A stretch of DNA of 64,000 nt from an uncultured Gemmatimonadaceae bacterium (lineage in GTDB: Bacteria > Gemmatimonadota > Gemmatimonadetes > Gemmatimonadales > Gemmatimonadaceae): contig CAWBOC010000008.1 in NCBI GenBank assembly GCA_963790305.1, positions 86,149-150,148 of the forward strand, given 5' to 3'. The notes under the pieces are model-generated. The model did no database searches. It was given only the letters and a program-made list of their open reading frames with translations, and was not told the DNA's origin. The first letter of the stretch is position 1. Every line of letters begins with the position of its first letter. The translations under genes were made by a program, and so were the position numbers. Shown piece by piece: positions 32,116 through 41,618 of the stretch.

Positions 32116-33504
32116 TCAGAAGCTCACGACGCCCTCGACGACGAACCCGTCGAACTTCCCGCCATTCCGGATATCAGTCGCCGGGAAGTCATGGTACTTC
32201 TGCGCCACCCACTCGCCCTTGAGCATGATGCCCGGCGTCAGGAACCAGCCGGCACTGAGCTGCCCACGGTGCGTCGTGACATCGGTCGCGATCCCCTGCA
32301 GACGGCCCGAGACCTCGTTCCACCGCGCGCCGACGAAGAGCTTGTCGTCCGCCAGGAAGCGATACACCACCTCGGCCGCATACTGATCGACGGTCCGGAG
32401 GGCCGTCTCGTTCGACGCACGACCCTTCGCCTTCTCGACCACGCCGAACAGCTCGACGTCGCCGTACTTGACGAACGGGTTGATCATGTACGACTTGACC
32501 TTGTCGGAGAAATTCGGGTTGATCATGCCCGACCGGAACTGCGCCGACTCCGTCGCTGTGCTGTTCTCGAGAACGTAGTAGTAGCGCGAGCCGGCGCGGT
32601 CGCCTGCATACAACGTGTTGCTGATCGCGCTCTTCTGTTGGAAGGTGGAGCCGGTGAGGCGCAGGCGCAGCTTGTCGGACATCTGCCGATCAAAGCCGAG
32701 CTTGCCAAGGAACGCGAGCGAGCGATCCTTGGGCCGCAGCACGTTGCCGCGCACCTCCCCACCGGTGAGCCCGCCCATGGCCATCAGCGGCCCCATGCGG
32801 ACGTACACCTCACCACCGATCTCCGTCGTGAACGCATCCATGATCAGGTTGCCGACGAAGGGATTGTACATCGCGTTTCCGTTGTCGGTGCGACGGAAGT
32901 GCGCATCCCCGTAGTTGACCTCGAAGTGACCGGCTTTGATGGTCACGAAGGCCATGAGGAGGTTGAGCAGGTCGTGGTCGATCGGCGACGCATCGATCAG
33001 GAGGTAGCCGTCCTTGACCCACGTCTCGTTATGGTGCCGCGACGAGAGATACGACGTGAGTGACACGCGGATCCCCTTCGCCAGCTGCGCGTCGAGATAC
33101 AGGTTGGCGTTGGCATTGTTGAAGCCGCCGCCGATCTCGATCAGCTGATTCTGGTTCACGCCGCCGACGATGGTCGGCGTGGCCGTGTTCTCGTGATCCA
33201 GGCCCTGGTACTGCTGCGTGAACGACGCGCCCCACATCAGCGCGAAGCCCTTGTAGACGGTGCCGTCATCCTTCGGCGCCTCGAACATGTTGATCCCGCG
33301 CTGGTCGACGGGGCGGTAGTTCTGCACCTCGATCTTCTTCTGGGTGCTCAATACCGACTTGAGTGTAGTCTTCTCGACGGTATCGGTCGCCTGTGCCTCC
33401 GGCGCCCCCGTCGTGTTGGCGTCGCCGCCGCCTGACTGTGCCATCGTCGGCGCAGACATGATCGCGAGCCCGAGCAGGGCGGAAAGTGACCGGACGGTTC
33501 TCAT
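32116..33504 (-). CDS. Probable outer-membrane beta-barrel protein of unknown function
   Basis: Signal peptide, alternating aromatic beta-strands, C-terminal Phe (EGVVSF); intact ORF. Confidence 0.75.
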   Translation of the reverse strand: MRTVRSLSALLGLAIMSAPTMAQSGGGDANTTGAPEAQATDTVEKTTLKSVLSTQKKIEVQNYRPVDQRGINMFEAPKDDGTVYKGFALMWGASFTQQYQGLDHENTATPTIVGGVNQNQLIEIGGGFNNANANLYLDAQLAKGIRVSLTSYLSSRHHNETWVKDGYLLIDASPIDHDLLNLLMAFVTIKAGHFEVNYGDAHFRRTDNGNAMYNPFVGNLIMDAFTTEIGGEVYVRMGPLMAMGGLTGGEVRGNVLRPKDRSLAFLGKLGFDRQMSDKLRLRLTGSTFQQKSAISNTLYAGDRAGSRYYYVLENSTATESAQFRSGMINPNFSDKVKSYMINPFVKYGDVELFGVVEKAKGRASNETALRTVDQYAAEVVYRFLADDKLFVGARWNEVSGRLQGIATDVTTHRGQLSAGWFLTPGIMLKGEWVAQKYHDFPATDIRNGGKFDGFVVEGVVSF

Positions 33505-33578
33505 CGTGATATCTCCCGAGGTAGGCCGGCCGCGCACGCGGCCGGGATTGCTGACGCCACGGAACTGCGAGGCGGAGT

Positions 33579-34178
33579 TCATTCTTTGAGGAGCAGGTCG
33601 AAGTGGACCTGCACGACGTCACTCACCTTGAGCGTTCCCATCATCAGCGTCGGCGCCTTCAGGCCGTACTCGCTGAGCGTGATGTCCTTCGTGCCGGTCA
33701 CCTTCAGCGCGCCGTCTTCGGCGGACGTCGCTTTGGCGTTCATCGTGATCGCCTTCTTGACGCCGCCGAGGGTGAGATCACCACTGAGCTTCACATTCAC
33801 GCTTGCGGCAGCGGTCGCCAGCTCGTACGACGTCAGGTCGAACGCGATCTCCGGAAACTCTGGCCCTTTCAGTGCCTTGAGCATGTGGGAGTTCATCTTG
33901 CCGTTCTTGCAGTCGAGCTGTGCCGCCGGAACGCGGACGTTGACGCCGGTGACACCCTTTTCCCCGGCGGCGACCAGCGCGACCGCGCCTGGAAGCGCGC
34001 TGACGTCGACGGTCAGTGACGTCGCGGTGCACTCGAAATCGCGAACGTTCGATGTCCCGCTGACCCACAGCTTGCTCTCCGGCTGCAGCGTCAGCGTTCC
34101 CGCGATGGTAGTCCAGGCGATCGTCGCGGGCGCGAGCACCAGCGCGGCGACGAGAGCGGTGTACGAGGTCCTGCGCAT
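33579..34178 (-). CDS. YceI-family secreted protein
   Basis: SKLWVSGTSNVRDF, LDCKNGKMN, GDLTLGGV, YGLKAP, V.VHFDL. Confidence 0.88.
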   Translation of the reverse strand: MRRTSYTALVAALVLAPATIAWTTIAGTLTLQPESKLWVSGTSNVRDFECTATSLTVDVSALPGAVALVAAGEKGVTGVNVRVPAAQLDCKNGKMNSHMLKALKGPEFPEIAFDLTSYELATAAASVNVKLSGDLTLGGVKKAITMNAKATSAEDGALKVTGTKDITLSEYGLKAPTLMMGTLKVSDVVQVHFDLLLKE

Positions 34179-34302
34179 AGTCATTCTCCGGTGAGGTGCC
34201 AGCCGTCGCGTCTCTCGCGACGTTGACACACGATGCGTCGGGCGGTGCGTTCGATCAGTCGGAGGAGAGCCGAAGATTCGTGAGGAGGCCGGCCCGGTCT
34301 TG

Positions 34303-34317
34303 TGAGGGAAACGCTGA
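34303..34317. promoter_or_regulatory. Palindromic box upstream of yceI-barrel genes
   Basis: TGAGGGAAACGCTGA. Confidence 0.55.
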
Positions 34318-34322
34318 CCGAG

Positions 34323-34460
34323 TAACGAGTGAGGAGTGGGGAGTGGGGAGTGGGGAGTGAGGAGCAATTCCTGCGGGTGGCTTTCAATTCCAACCGAAGT
34401 CCTCACCCCTCACTCCTCACTCCCCACTCCTCACTCCCACTCCCCACTCCTCACTCGTTA
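34323..34460. repeat. Hairpin with heptamer arms (GAGTGRG)n / (CYCACTC)n
   Basis: TAACGAGTGAGGAGTGGGG... / ...CCCCACTCCTCACTCGTTA; contains the stop codon of the DUF3108 gene. Confidence 0.9.
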
Positions 34461-35215
34461 TAGCACCGCCCACGATCGTGGCTGTGCGACTCGAGCGTCA
34501 GCACGGTCGTTCCGAAGACAGGCATCGTGCTCTCGATGCGCACCGGGAGCCTGCACCGGTCATCGGTGAAGTGGATGCGAACGACTCCTTCGCCCTTGTA
34601 GCGACGCGGATCTTTCACGCGCATCTCGACCACGATCGTGGCGAACTCGCCGGCGTGGGTGGCGAGCCGCTCGCGTCCGACCACGCGCACCGTGGTCGGA
34701 TTGCGCTCGACGTCGAAGTGTCGGTTGAACTCGAGGGTCGTGTCGCGGTCGAGCGAGAGCGTACGGAGGAAGTAGAGAAACGAGAGCTCATCGAGCGGCG
34801 CGTCGGTCGCGCTCTCGCCCGATCCTGCGCGCCCGGCGTCCCACCGCCGCTCATCGGGAAAGAGCTCGACGACCTCGCGGTGGCTCGCCAAGGGGTGACG
34901 CTCCTGTTTCGCGTAGCGCAGAGACGTCAGGCGATCATGATCGAGCCATGAATCGGTGCGGTCCGTTCCCTGAATGGGCCCGAGGCCCGCTTTCATGACG
35001 GAGCGCAGCAGATAGGTCGGTGTGCCGCGAACTACCACCGGTCCTTCGATCCACATCGTGCCACGTCCGGATGCGCGCATCTGCGACATGCGAACCCGGT
35101 ACGTGAGCCGCTCACCGACAGTGAATGGCAGGCCATCGTGGGACTGCGCCGCGGCCATCGGCGGACGGCCCAATGCGAGTGCCACCAATACGATTCCAGT
35201 CAACCCGTTCCGCAT
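34451..35215 (-). CDS. DUF3108-like secreted protein
   Basis: Signal peptide; PFTVGERLTYRV, DELSFLYFLR, FTDDRCRLPVRI. Confidence 0.82.
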   Translation of the reverse strand: MRNGLTGIVLVALALGRPPMAAAQSHDGLPFTVGERLTYRVRMSQMRASGRGTMWIEGPVVVRGTPTYLLRSVMKAGLGPIQGTDRTDSWLDHDRLTSLRYAKQERHPLASHREVVELFPDERRWDAGRAGSGESATDAPLDELSFLYFLRTLSLDRDTTLEFNRHFDVERNPTTVRVVGRERLATHAGEFATIVVEMRVKDPRRYKGEGVVRIHFTDDRCRLPVRIESTMPVFGTTVLTLESHSHDRGRCYNE

Positions 35216-35279
35216 TCGCTACTCGGTATGAGGACGTGCGACTGCGATGAAGCTGATGAGCGCACGTGGCGACCGCGTG

Positions 35280-35337
35280 TCAGCGAGAGCCGGAATTTTC
35301 CAGGGGATTTCCGCGGGAGGCGTCGGGGGATGTCTGA
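35280..35337. promoter_or_regulatory. Three degenerate boxes at 21-22 bp spacing
   Basis: TCAGCGAGAGCCGGA (35280), CAGGGGATTTCCGCG (35301), TCGGGGGATGTCTGA (35323). Confidence 0.45.
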
Positions 35338-35443
35338 CAGCCACCGCGGTGTAAGGAGCCTGTACGGAACGCTTGCGATGCGCGGCCGCCGGTCCGCACG
35401 TTGTTGGACCGACTACGCCATTCGCCTACAACAGGGGGAGTTC

Positions 35444-35932
35444 ATGCCTCGCTGGACGTTTCTCGTTCTTCTCGCATCACTCGCCTGCGCATCGGCGCCG
35501 CCTGAAACCGTTCCCCTCGTGGGCAGCGCGAGCGATGTCTCGTCGCTGGTCGGCGAGTGGAGCGGCGACTATGACGGTGGCGCGAGCGGACGATCGGGAA
35601 GCATCGTCTTCGTGCTGCGCAGCGCCGCGGATACCGCTCGCGGCGACGTGATGATGATTCCACGCGCACTGGGCGAGACGGCGACGGGCGACGCTCGCCG
35701 CGCGCCACTCGCGCTCCGCTCGAGTCAGGTGCTGCGCATCGCGTTCGTGCGCATCGCCGGCGGGGCAGTCGCCGGGACGCTCGACCCGTATACCGACCCC
35801 GACTGCCAGTGCACGGTGCAGACGACGTTCACCGGCACGCTTCGCGGCAACACGATCGAGGGGACGTTCGTGACGCGGGGGTCTCAGCTGCCGAGCGAGC
35901 AGACGGGACGGTGGAAGGTGCTGAGGCGCTAG
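35444..35932 (+). CDS. Hypothetical lipoprotein with a PYxDPDCQC motif
   Basis: SLAC lipobox; paralogue of 11383..11874. Confidence 0.82.
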   Translation: MPRWTFLVLLASLACASAPPETVPLVGSASDVSSLVGEWSGDYDGGASGRSGSIVFVLRSAADTARGDVMMIPRALGETATGDARRAPLALRSSQVLRIAFVRIAGGAVAGTLDPYTDPDCQCTVQTTFTGTLRGNTIEGTFVTRGSQLPSEQTGRWKVLRR

Positions 35933-36017
35933 AGGCGCTAGAGGCGCTAAAGGCGCTAGAGGCGCTAAAGGCGAGCCCCTTAGCGCCTTTAGCGCCTTTA
36001 GCGCCTCTAGCGCCTCA
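35922..36017. repeat. Hairpin of 9-bp units (RAGGCGCTA)n / (TAGCGCCTY)n supplying both convergent stop codons
   Basis: Five units forward and four reverse; both flanking proteins end L-R-R-TAG inside the arms. Confidence 0.92.
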
Positions 36018-37392
36018 AGACCACCTGCCCCTTCCTCGCGTAATCGATCGCGTGCCCTAACAAGCGCGCCGCTTCCTGCGGGGCGTGGAAGCCCATCGAG
36101 TTCTCCGCTTCCACGAAATCTGTCAGAAACTGCGCCTTGCGCTGGAAGTTGCGCGCAGTGGCGAGGCGCGGGCTCGCGCTGTCCGCGCGCGCCGCGGCGG
36201 CGATGTCACGCGTGAGCTCGAGCACGGCGTCCAGCGCGAGGTTGCGGAGCTCGAACGTGCGATCCTGAATGCGCTCGACGCGCGCGCGCATCTCGTCCTC
36301 GCTGAAGCGATGACAGGTCTGACAGGCGCGGTTGATGTTGAGCATCGGGCTGCGCACGTGATGGTCGCTGACCTTCATCGCCCCGGTGCGCGTGTACGGC
36401 ATGTGGCAGTCCGCGCAGGCGACCCCCGCACGCGCATGAATGCCCTGATTGTACGTCTCGAACTCGGGGTGCTGGGCCTTGAGCGTGGGCGCGCCGCTCG
36501 TCGCGTGCACCCAGTCGCGGTGCCCGTTCGCCTCGTAGTACGCGAGGATGCTGTCGCCGGTGAGCCCCTTCGCCCAGGGATAGACGAGACGTTTCTCCGG
36601 GCCCTGGAAGTAGTACTCGACGTGACACTGCCCACACACGAAGGTGCGCATCTCCTGGCGCGACGCATTCGTGTTGACATCGTAGTTGGGAATCCCCTCA
36701 CTGGCGCGCAGGGCGCGGATTCCTTCCATGAACGCGGGACGTGTCACCCGCAGCTGCATGCTGCCGGGGTCATGACAATCGATACACGCGACGGGATGCT
36801 CGACCAGCTTTCGCGCTTCGGCGTACGGCATCGCGTTCACCCGCTGGAAACCCTGCACAATGTTGCCGCCACCCGTTCGCATGTACGCCGCGTACATCGA
36901 CGCGTGACAGTTGAGACAGGTGCCCGGCTGCTTCGCGACGATCTGACGCTCGGTGTACGTCTGATCCTGGAGCATGTACGCGTGTCCGCGCTCTTCGCGG
37001 AAGTCGTGGGCGAACGCGTAGCCCGCCCAGAATTCACGCAGACGCGGATCTTCCTCGAGCCGCGACTGCGCCACCACCGTCCGCGGGTCCGCATCACTTG
37101 GCGTGCGCGGCAGGGCCTCGCTTCCCCCGTACCGCGTGCGCACCTGATCGACGGTGCGACGGTAGGCATCGTACTGGATGGGAAAGTTCTTTCCCCATTC
37201 CGCCGGATCGGTCGTGCTGTCGGTGAGCGCGACAACACGATAGAAGGGATCCCGCGCTTCCTGCTTCCGCTCGAAGATGTTCGTCAGCAGCGCCGCGAGC
37301 CCAATCGTCACCGCGGCGGCGCCGAGGATGAGCGCTGCCCAGGTGAGCAGCCGGCTCCGGTTCCGTGGCGGCTCGCTCGAAGGCTCTGTCAT
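36007..37392 (-). CDS. nrfA: Ammonia-forming cytochrome c nitrite reductase, CXXCH-type first heme
   Basis: WAGYAF..DF.EERGH; hemes CLNCH, CIDCH, CGQCHVEYY, CADCH, CQTCH; KAQHPEFE; AENSMGFHAP. Confidence 0.97.
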   Translation of the reverse strand: MTEPSSEPPRNRSRLLTWAALILGAAAVTIGLAALLTNIFERKQEARDPFYRVVALTDSTTDPAEWGKNFPIQYDAYRRTVDQVRTRYGGSEALPRTPSDADPRTVVAQSRLEEDPRLREFWAGYAFAHDFREERGHAYMLQDQTYTERQIVAKQPGTCLNCHASMYAAYMRTGGGNIVQGFQRVNAMPYAEARKLVEHPVACIDCHDPGSMQLRVTRPAFMEGIRALRASEGIPNYDVNTNASRQEMRTFVCGQCHVEYYFQGPEKRLVYPWAKGLTGDSILAYYEANGHRDWVHATSGAPTLKAQHPEFETYNQGIHARAGVACADCHMPYTRTGAMKVSDHHVRSPMLNINRACQTCHRFSEDEMRARVERIQDRTFELRNLALDAVLELTRDIAAAARADSASPRLATARNFQRKAQFLTDFVEAENSMGFHAPQEAARLLGHAIDYARKGQVVLRR

Positions 37393-37424
37393 CGGGCAAC
37401 CCTCCCTTCAGCGGAGATCATCGA

Positions 37425-37874
37425 TCACCTCACCCAGTGCCCAACGGTGGCGTGACAGCGAACGCACGACAACCGCTCCCGATCCTCGTCCGCGCCCCCG
37501 TGGTCGATCGATGCGACGATGTCTTCATGGCAGTAGCGACACGCGCCCTCCGTCACTTCATGATTGCCGGGCGTGATGCGCAACGGATCGGGATAGCGTC
37601 CGGTCGTGAAATAGAAGGAGTGCCAGAATCCGTTGCGCGCCTTCGTCGCATACTTGCCGAAGAAGGTGTGTGGCGCATGACAGTCGTTGCACACCGCGGC
37701 CTGCCGGTGACTCGACTTCATCCATGCCGCGAAGTGCTCGCTCATGATGTGGCAATTCGCGCACGCGGCGGGATCGTTGGTGAGATACGACGCCCCCCGC
37801 GCGTAGCCAAACGTGAACAGCCCGAGGCCGAGCATGGCCCCGAAGAGAAGAGTGAACGCCGCTTTGGCGAGCAT
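37425..37874 (-). CDS. nrfH: Tetraheme quinol dehydrogenase NrfH
   Basis: N-terminal TM; CANCH, CNDCH, CRYCH, CVRCH; KARNG.WHS; upstream of nrfA. Confidence 0.96.
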   Translation of the reverse strand: MLAKAAFTLLFGAMLGLGLFTFGYARGASYLTNDPAACANCHIMSEHFAAWMKSSHRQAAVCNDCHAPHTFFGKYATKARNGFWHSFYFTTGRYPDPLRITPGNHEVTEGACRYCHEDIVASIDHGGADEDRERLSCVRCHATVGHWVR

Positions 37875-37941
37875 CGTCTTCGGGCGCGTGCGGATTTCGT
37901 GCCATTAGTCTGACGCGCCGATCTCGGCCGCAAATGACTGC

Positions 37942-38057
37942 AACTGCATTTTAGAACGCAGAGGGCGCAGAGGAACTACAACAGCAGGTGTTTTTTCAAG
38001 AGCCCATGCCGTTGCAGTCCTCCGCGCCCTCTGCGCCCTCTGCGTTCAAATGCAGTT
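37942..38057. repeat. Hairpin with 9-bp arms (CGCAGAGGG)n between divergent nrfH and ccm operon
   Basis: AACTGCATTTTAGAACGCAGAGGGCGCAGAGG ... CCTCTGCGCCCTCTGCGTTCAAATGCAGTT. Confidence 0.88.
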
Positions 38058-38126
38058 CCAGTTGAAGTCGCTGTCATCGCGATGATCCGCTTCCCGCACC
38101 CGGCGCCGATGACGTAGATTCTTGCC

Positions 38127-38912
38127 GTGACCGCCACCCAAACCGCGACCTGCCCCGCCTGCGGCGCCTCCGCGAGCGGACGCTTCTGCTCCACGTGCGG
38201 CTACGCCCTCGAGGGCGCGCAATGCGCCGCGTGCAAGGGAGCGCTCGTCGCCGGTGCGCGGTTCTGCCATCGCTGCGGCTCCCCGACCGGCGCGGCGGTC
38301 GCTGGCGGGGTCGCGAGCGGTCGTCCATCGCAAGGCTCGCTCGTGCCGTGGGCCGTCGCCGGGTTTGCCTTCCTTGCATTGATTGCGCTGGTGCTCACGC
38401 GAAGCGCGCGCTCCGATGCGGGAACCAGCCAGGCAGTCGCGACCCCACTCGGCTCTCCAACCGGCGTGATGCGCGGGCCCGATCTCTCCACCATGTCGCC
38501 GCGCGAGCGCGCCGACCGTCTCTTCAACCGCGTGATGTCGTACCAGGAGCGCGGCGTCACCGACAGCGTCCAGTTCTTCGCCGACATGGGCATCCGCGCC
38601 TTTCAAATGCTTCCCTCGCTCGATCACGACGCCCGCTACGACATGGGCCGCATCGCCGAAGCCGCCGGCAGCGCCTCGCTCGCCAAGGCGCAAGCCGACA
38701 CGATCCTCCGCGAATCGCCCACGCACCTTCTCGGCCTCGCGCTTGCCGCCCGCGCGGCGCGCCTAACGAACGATCAGGCCTCGGCACGTACCTTCGATCG
38801 CCGGCTCGTCGCCGCGGAGGCCGCCGAGCGTCGCAAGAGCCTGCCGGAGTACGAGCGTCACGCCACGGATATCGACGAGGCATTGCGCATCGCGCGGCGG
38901 CAGTCTCCGTAA
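38127..38912 (+). CDS. Double zinc-ribbon + TM + helical domain protein, first gene of the ccm operon
   Basis: [36 protein letters not shown]. Confidence 0.8.
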   Translation: MTATQTATCPACGASASGRFCSTCGYALEGAQCAACKGALVAGARFCHRCGSPTGAAVAGGVASGRPSQGSLVPWAVAGFAFLALIALVLTRSARSDAGTSQAVATPLGSPTGVMRGPDLSTMSPRERADRLFNRVMSYQERGVTDSVQFFADMGIRAFQMLPSLDHDARYDMGRIAEAAGSASLAKAQADTILRESPTHLLGLALAARAARLTNDQASARTFDRRLVAAEAAERRKSLPEYERHATDIDEALRIARRQSP

Positions 38913-38928
38913 ACCCCTGAATCTCCCG

Positions 38929-39610
38929 GTGTCGTCCGCGTCCTCCGCCGTTGAGCTGACAGGCATCGCCCGGCGCTTCGGGAGCCGCTGGGTGCTCAGG
39001 GGTGCCGATCTGCTGGTTGGCCGGGGTGAAACGGTCGCCATCCTCGGGAGAAATGGAAGTGGCAAGACGACGTTGCTGCGCATCGTCGCCACGCTGCTGC
39101 CGCTCGAGTCGTGGGACGGGCACCGTCTTCGGCCACGATCTCTCACGCGACGCGGACTCGGTGCGGAGTCGCATCGGCCTGCTCGGTCACAGCAACGCCG
39201 TCTACCCTGACCTGACCGCGGCGGAGAATCTGGGATTCACCCTGCGAATGCTCGGACGCCCATTCGATCCGCGCTCGGTCGACGCCACCCTCGATGCCGT
39301 CGGGCTGGGGCCGCAGGCAAACACCCGTACTCGCGGCTTCTCCGCGGGCATGCAGCGTCGCCTCGCGCTCGCGCGGCTCAGAGTCATCGGGCCCTAGCTG
39401 TTGCTCCTCGACGAGCCCTACTCGAGTCTCGATCCGGAAGGCGTTGACCTGATCACCGCGCTGATCTCGGACACGAGGAGCGCGGGCGGAGCCGCGATCC
39501 TCATCACGCATGACATCTCGCGCGCCGCGAGCGATCGCGGACCGCGTGGTCGTGCTCGACGATGGACGAATCGCCCCCTGGATGCGACTGGCGACGGGGT
39601 GGCCGAGTGA
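38929..39610 (+). CDS. ccmA: Heme exporter ATPase CcmA (frameshifts and an internal TAG at 39395)
   Basis: [36 protein letters not shown]. Confidence 0.88.
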
Positions 39611-40299
39611 GCATCCACCTCGCCTGTGCACTCTCGCGCGTGATGGCGGTCGCGTGGAAGGACCTAACGACCGAGCGTCGGAGCAAGGCCGGATTCAATG
39701 GCGTGGTCTTCATGGCGGCCATCACGCTTCTCATGTTCGGATTCGCGCTGGGGCCGGATCCCGCCGCGCTGCGGACGGCGGCGGCCGGTCTGCTGTGGCT
39801 CACCGTACTCTTGAGCGGCGTGCTGGCGTTCAACCGCTCGTACGAGCTCGAGATCGAAGCTGGCGCGCTCGACGCGCTGTTGCTGTATCCCGGCGGCCGC
39901 TGGCCCATCTTCGCCGGGAAGCTGCTGGCCAACCTCGCGTTCGTCCTCCTGGTCGAGGTGATCACCGTCCCGATCGCGGGCGTACTGTACGACCTGCCAT
40001 TGCTGACGCCACTCCCGGGGCTCGCCGGGGTATTGTTCCTTGGGACGCTCGGCTTCGTCACGCTCGGGACGTACTATGCGGCAATGGCCAGCCGCGTCCG
40101 TGCACGCGAGGTGCTGCTTCCACTGCTGCTCTTTCCCATGCTCGTCCCGCTCCTGGTGGCCGCCGTCGGCGCGACAAAAGCGGTGCTGGCGGGCGACCCC
40201 ATGGGGTACGGCGGGGCGTGGATCAGGCTGCTGGCGGCTTTCGATATTGTTTTCCTGGCCGCAACGTTCATGACCTTCGACTACGTGATCGGCGAATGA
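39607..40299 (+). CDS. ccmB: Heme exporter permease CcmB
   Basis: WKDLTTERRSK, GKLLAN, REVLLPLLLFP, LLAAFD. Confidence 0.92.
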   Translation: MSIHLACALSRVMAVAWKDLTTERRSKAGFNGVVFMAAITLLMFGFALGPDPAALRTAAAGLLWLTVLLSGVLAFNRSYELEIEAGALDALLLYPGGRWPIFAGKLLANLAFVLLVEVITVPIAGVLYDLPLLTPLPGLAGVLFLGTLGFVTLGTYYAAMASRVRAREVLLPLLLFPMLVPLLVAAVGATKAVLAGDPMGYGGAWIRLLAAFDIVFLAATFMTFDYVIGE

Positions 40300-41036
40300 C
40301 GCACACGATGGAGCCGGGTGAGCACGGCCGACTGCGCCACGAGCGAAGGCATCGACGGCGCTGATCGGCGCGCTCGTCGTGCTGGCAGCCGTCGCCGCGG
40401 CGCAGGCGTTCGGCGTCCTCACATCGCCGCCCGATCGCGACATGGGGCATCTGCAGAAGATCATGTACGTGCACGTGCCGGCGGCATGGAACGCCTTTCT
40501 CGCGTTCGTCGTCGTGCTCGTCGGGAGCGTGATGTATCTCTGGAAGCGCGAGGAGAAATGGGACCTGCTCGCCGCCTCCGCGGCCGAGGTGGCGGCCGTG
40601 CTCACCGCGCTGACGATCGCGCTCGGCTCGATCTGGGGACGCCCGACGTGGGGAGTGTGGTGGACGTGGGATCCGCGCCTGACGTCGACCGCCATTCTGC
40701 TCGTCATCATCGTCGGCTATCTCGCGTTGCGGAGCTTCGTCGATGAGCCGGAGCGCCGAGCGCGATGGAGCGCGGCGTTGGCATCCTCGGCGCGCTCAAC
40801 GTTCCGATCGTGTACATGTCGGTGCGCTGGTGGCGAACGCTGCACCAGCCGCAGTCGTCGCCCGAGCACCGTCGATCCCGCCTATGCGTGGGGATTGCGA
40901 CTCAATGCGATCGCGTTTCTCTTGGTGCATGATCTGGCTCGTGCGCACGCGGTACCGTGCCGCGCGCCTCGAGCGCGTTGCGGAGCTGGCCGCCGAGCGC
41001 GAGGCGCTCGGCGGGAGGAGTCATGCATGCGGCTGA
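40296..41036 (+). CDS. ccmC: CcmC (frameshifts)
   Basis: IMYVHVPAAW, GSIWGRPTWGVWWTWDPRLT, WWRTLHQ. Confidence 0.93.
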
Positions 41037-41165
41037 GCGGTACATCTACGCCGCCTACGGTCTCACCTGGGTGGTGCTGATCGTGTTCACCGTGGCGACG
41101 GTGCGTCGCGTGCGCCGCGCGCAGCGGGCGGCGCGCGCGGTCGCGCTGAGGGAGACGAGCTATGA
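41023..41165 (+). CDS. ccmD: CcmD-like small membrane protein; end approximate
   Basis: [23 protein letters not shown] then basic RRVRR; located between ccmC and ccmE. Confidence 0.75.
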
Positions 41166-41618
41166 GCACGGCGCGGGCCGACGGGTCGGGCATGGCGATC
41201 GCGGCCGCGGCGATCCTCGGGAACGTTCGCCTATCTCGTGTACGGCGGGATCGGCGAGAACCTCGTGTATTTCCTCACCCCCGAGGAGCTCGTGGCGCGA
41301 GGCGACCGCGGCGTACGACGTCCCCGTGCGGCTCGGGGGACAGGTCGTCCCCGGGTCGGTGGTGTGGAATGCCGAGGCGGTGGACCTGCGATTCGCGATC
41401 AGCGACGGCGCGAAGACGGTGCCGGTGCACTCGAGCGGCGCGCCACCGCAGATGTTCCGCGACGGCATCGGCGTCGTCGTCGAAGGGCGCTACCACCGCG
41501 CCGGCGTCTTCGAGTCGACGAGCGTGATGGTGAAGCACTCGAACGAGTATCGCGCGCCGAAGCCGGGGAGAAGCCGGCCGAGATGTACAAGAGCCTGACG
41601 ACCGGGAGCGAGGAGTGA
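41162..41618 (+). CDS. ccmE: Heme chaperone CcmE (frameshifts)
   Basis: NLVYFLTPEE, VRLGGQV, PPQMFRDG.GVVVEG, KHSNEY (HxxxY). Confidence 0.92.

Noticed and set aside
39395..39397. In-frame TAG in ccmA as pyrrolysine or stop-codon recoding
   Set aside because: TAG is the normal stop for many genes here, the position is not catalytic, and the region is error-rich.
40957..41598. CcmD-CcmE fusion ORF
   Set aside because: The N-terminal CcmE segments lie in other frames; the continuity is produced by indels.
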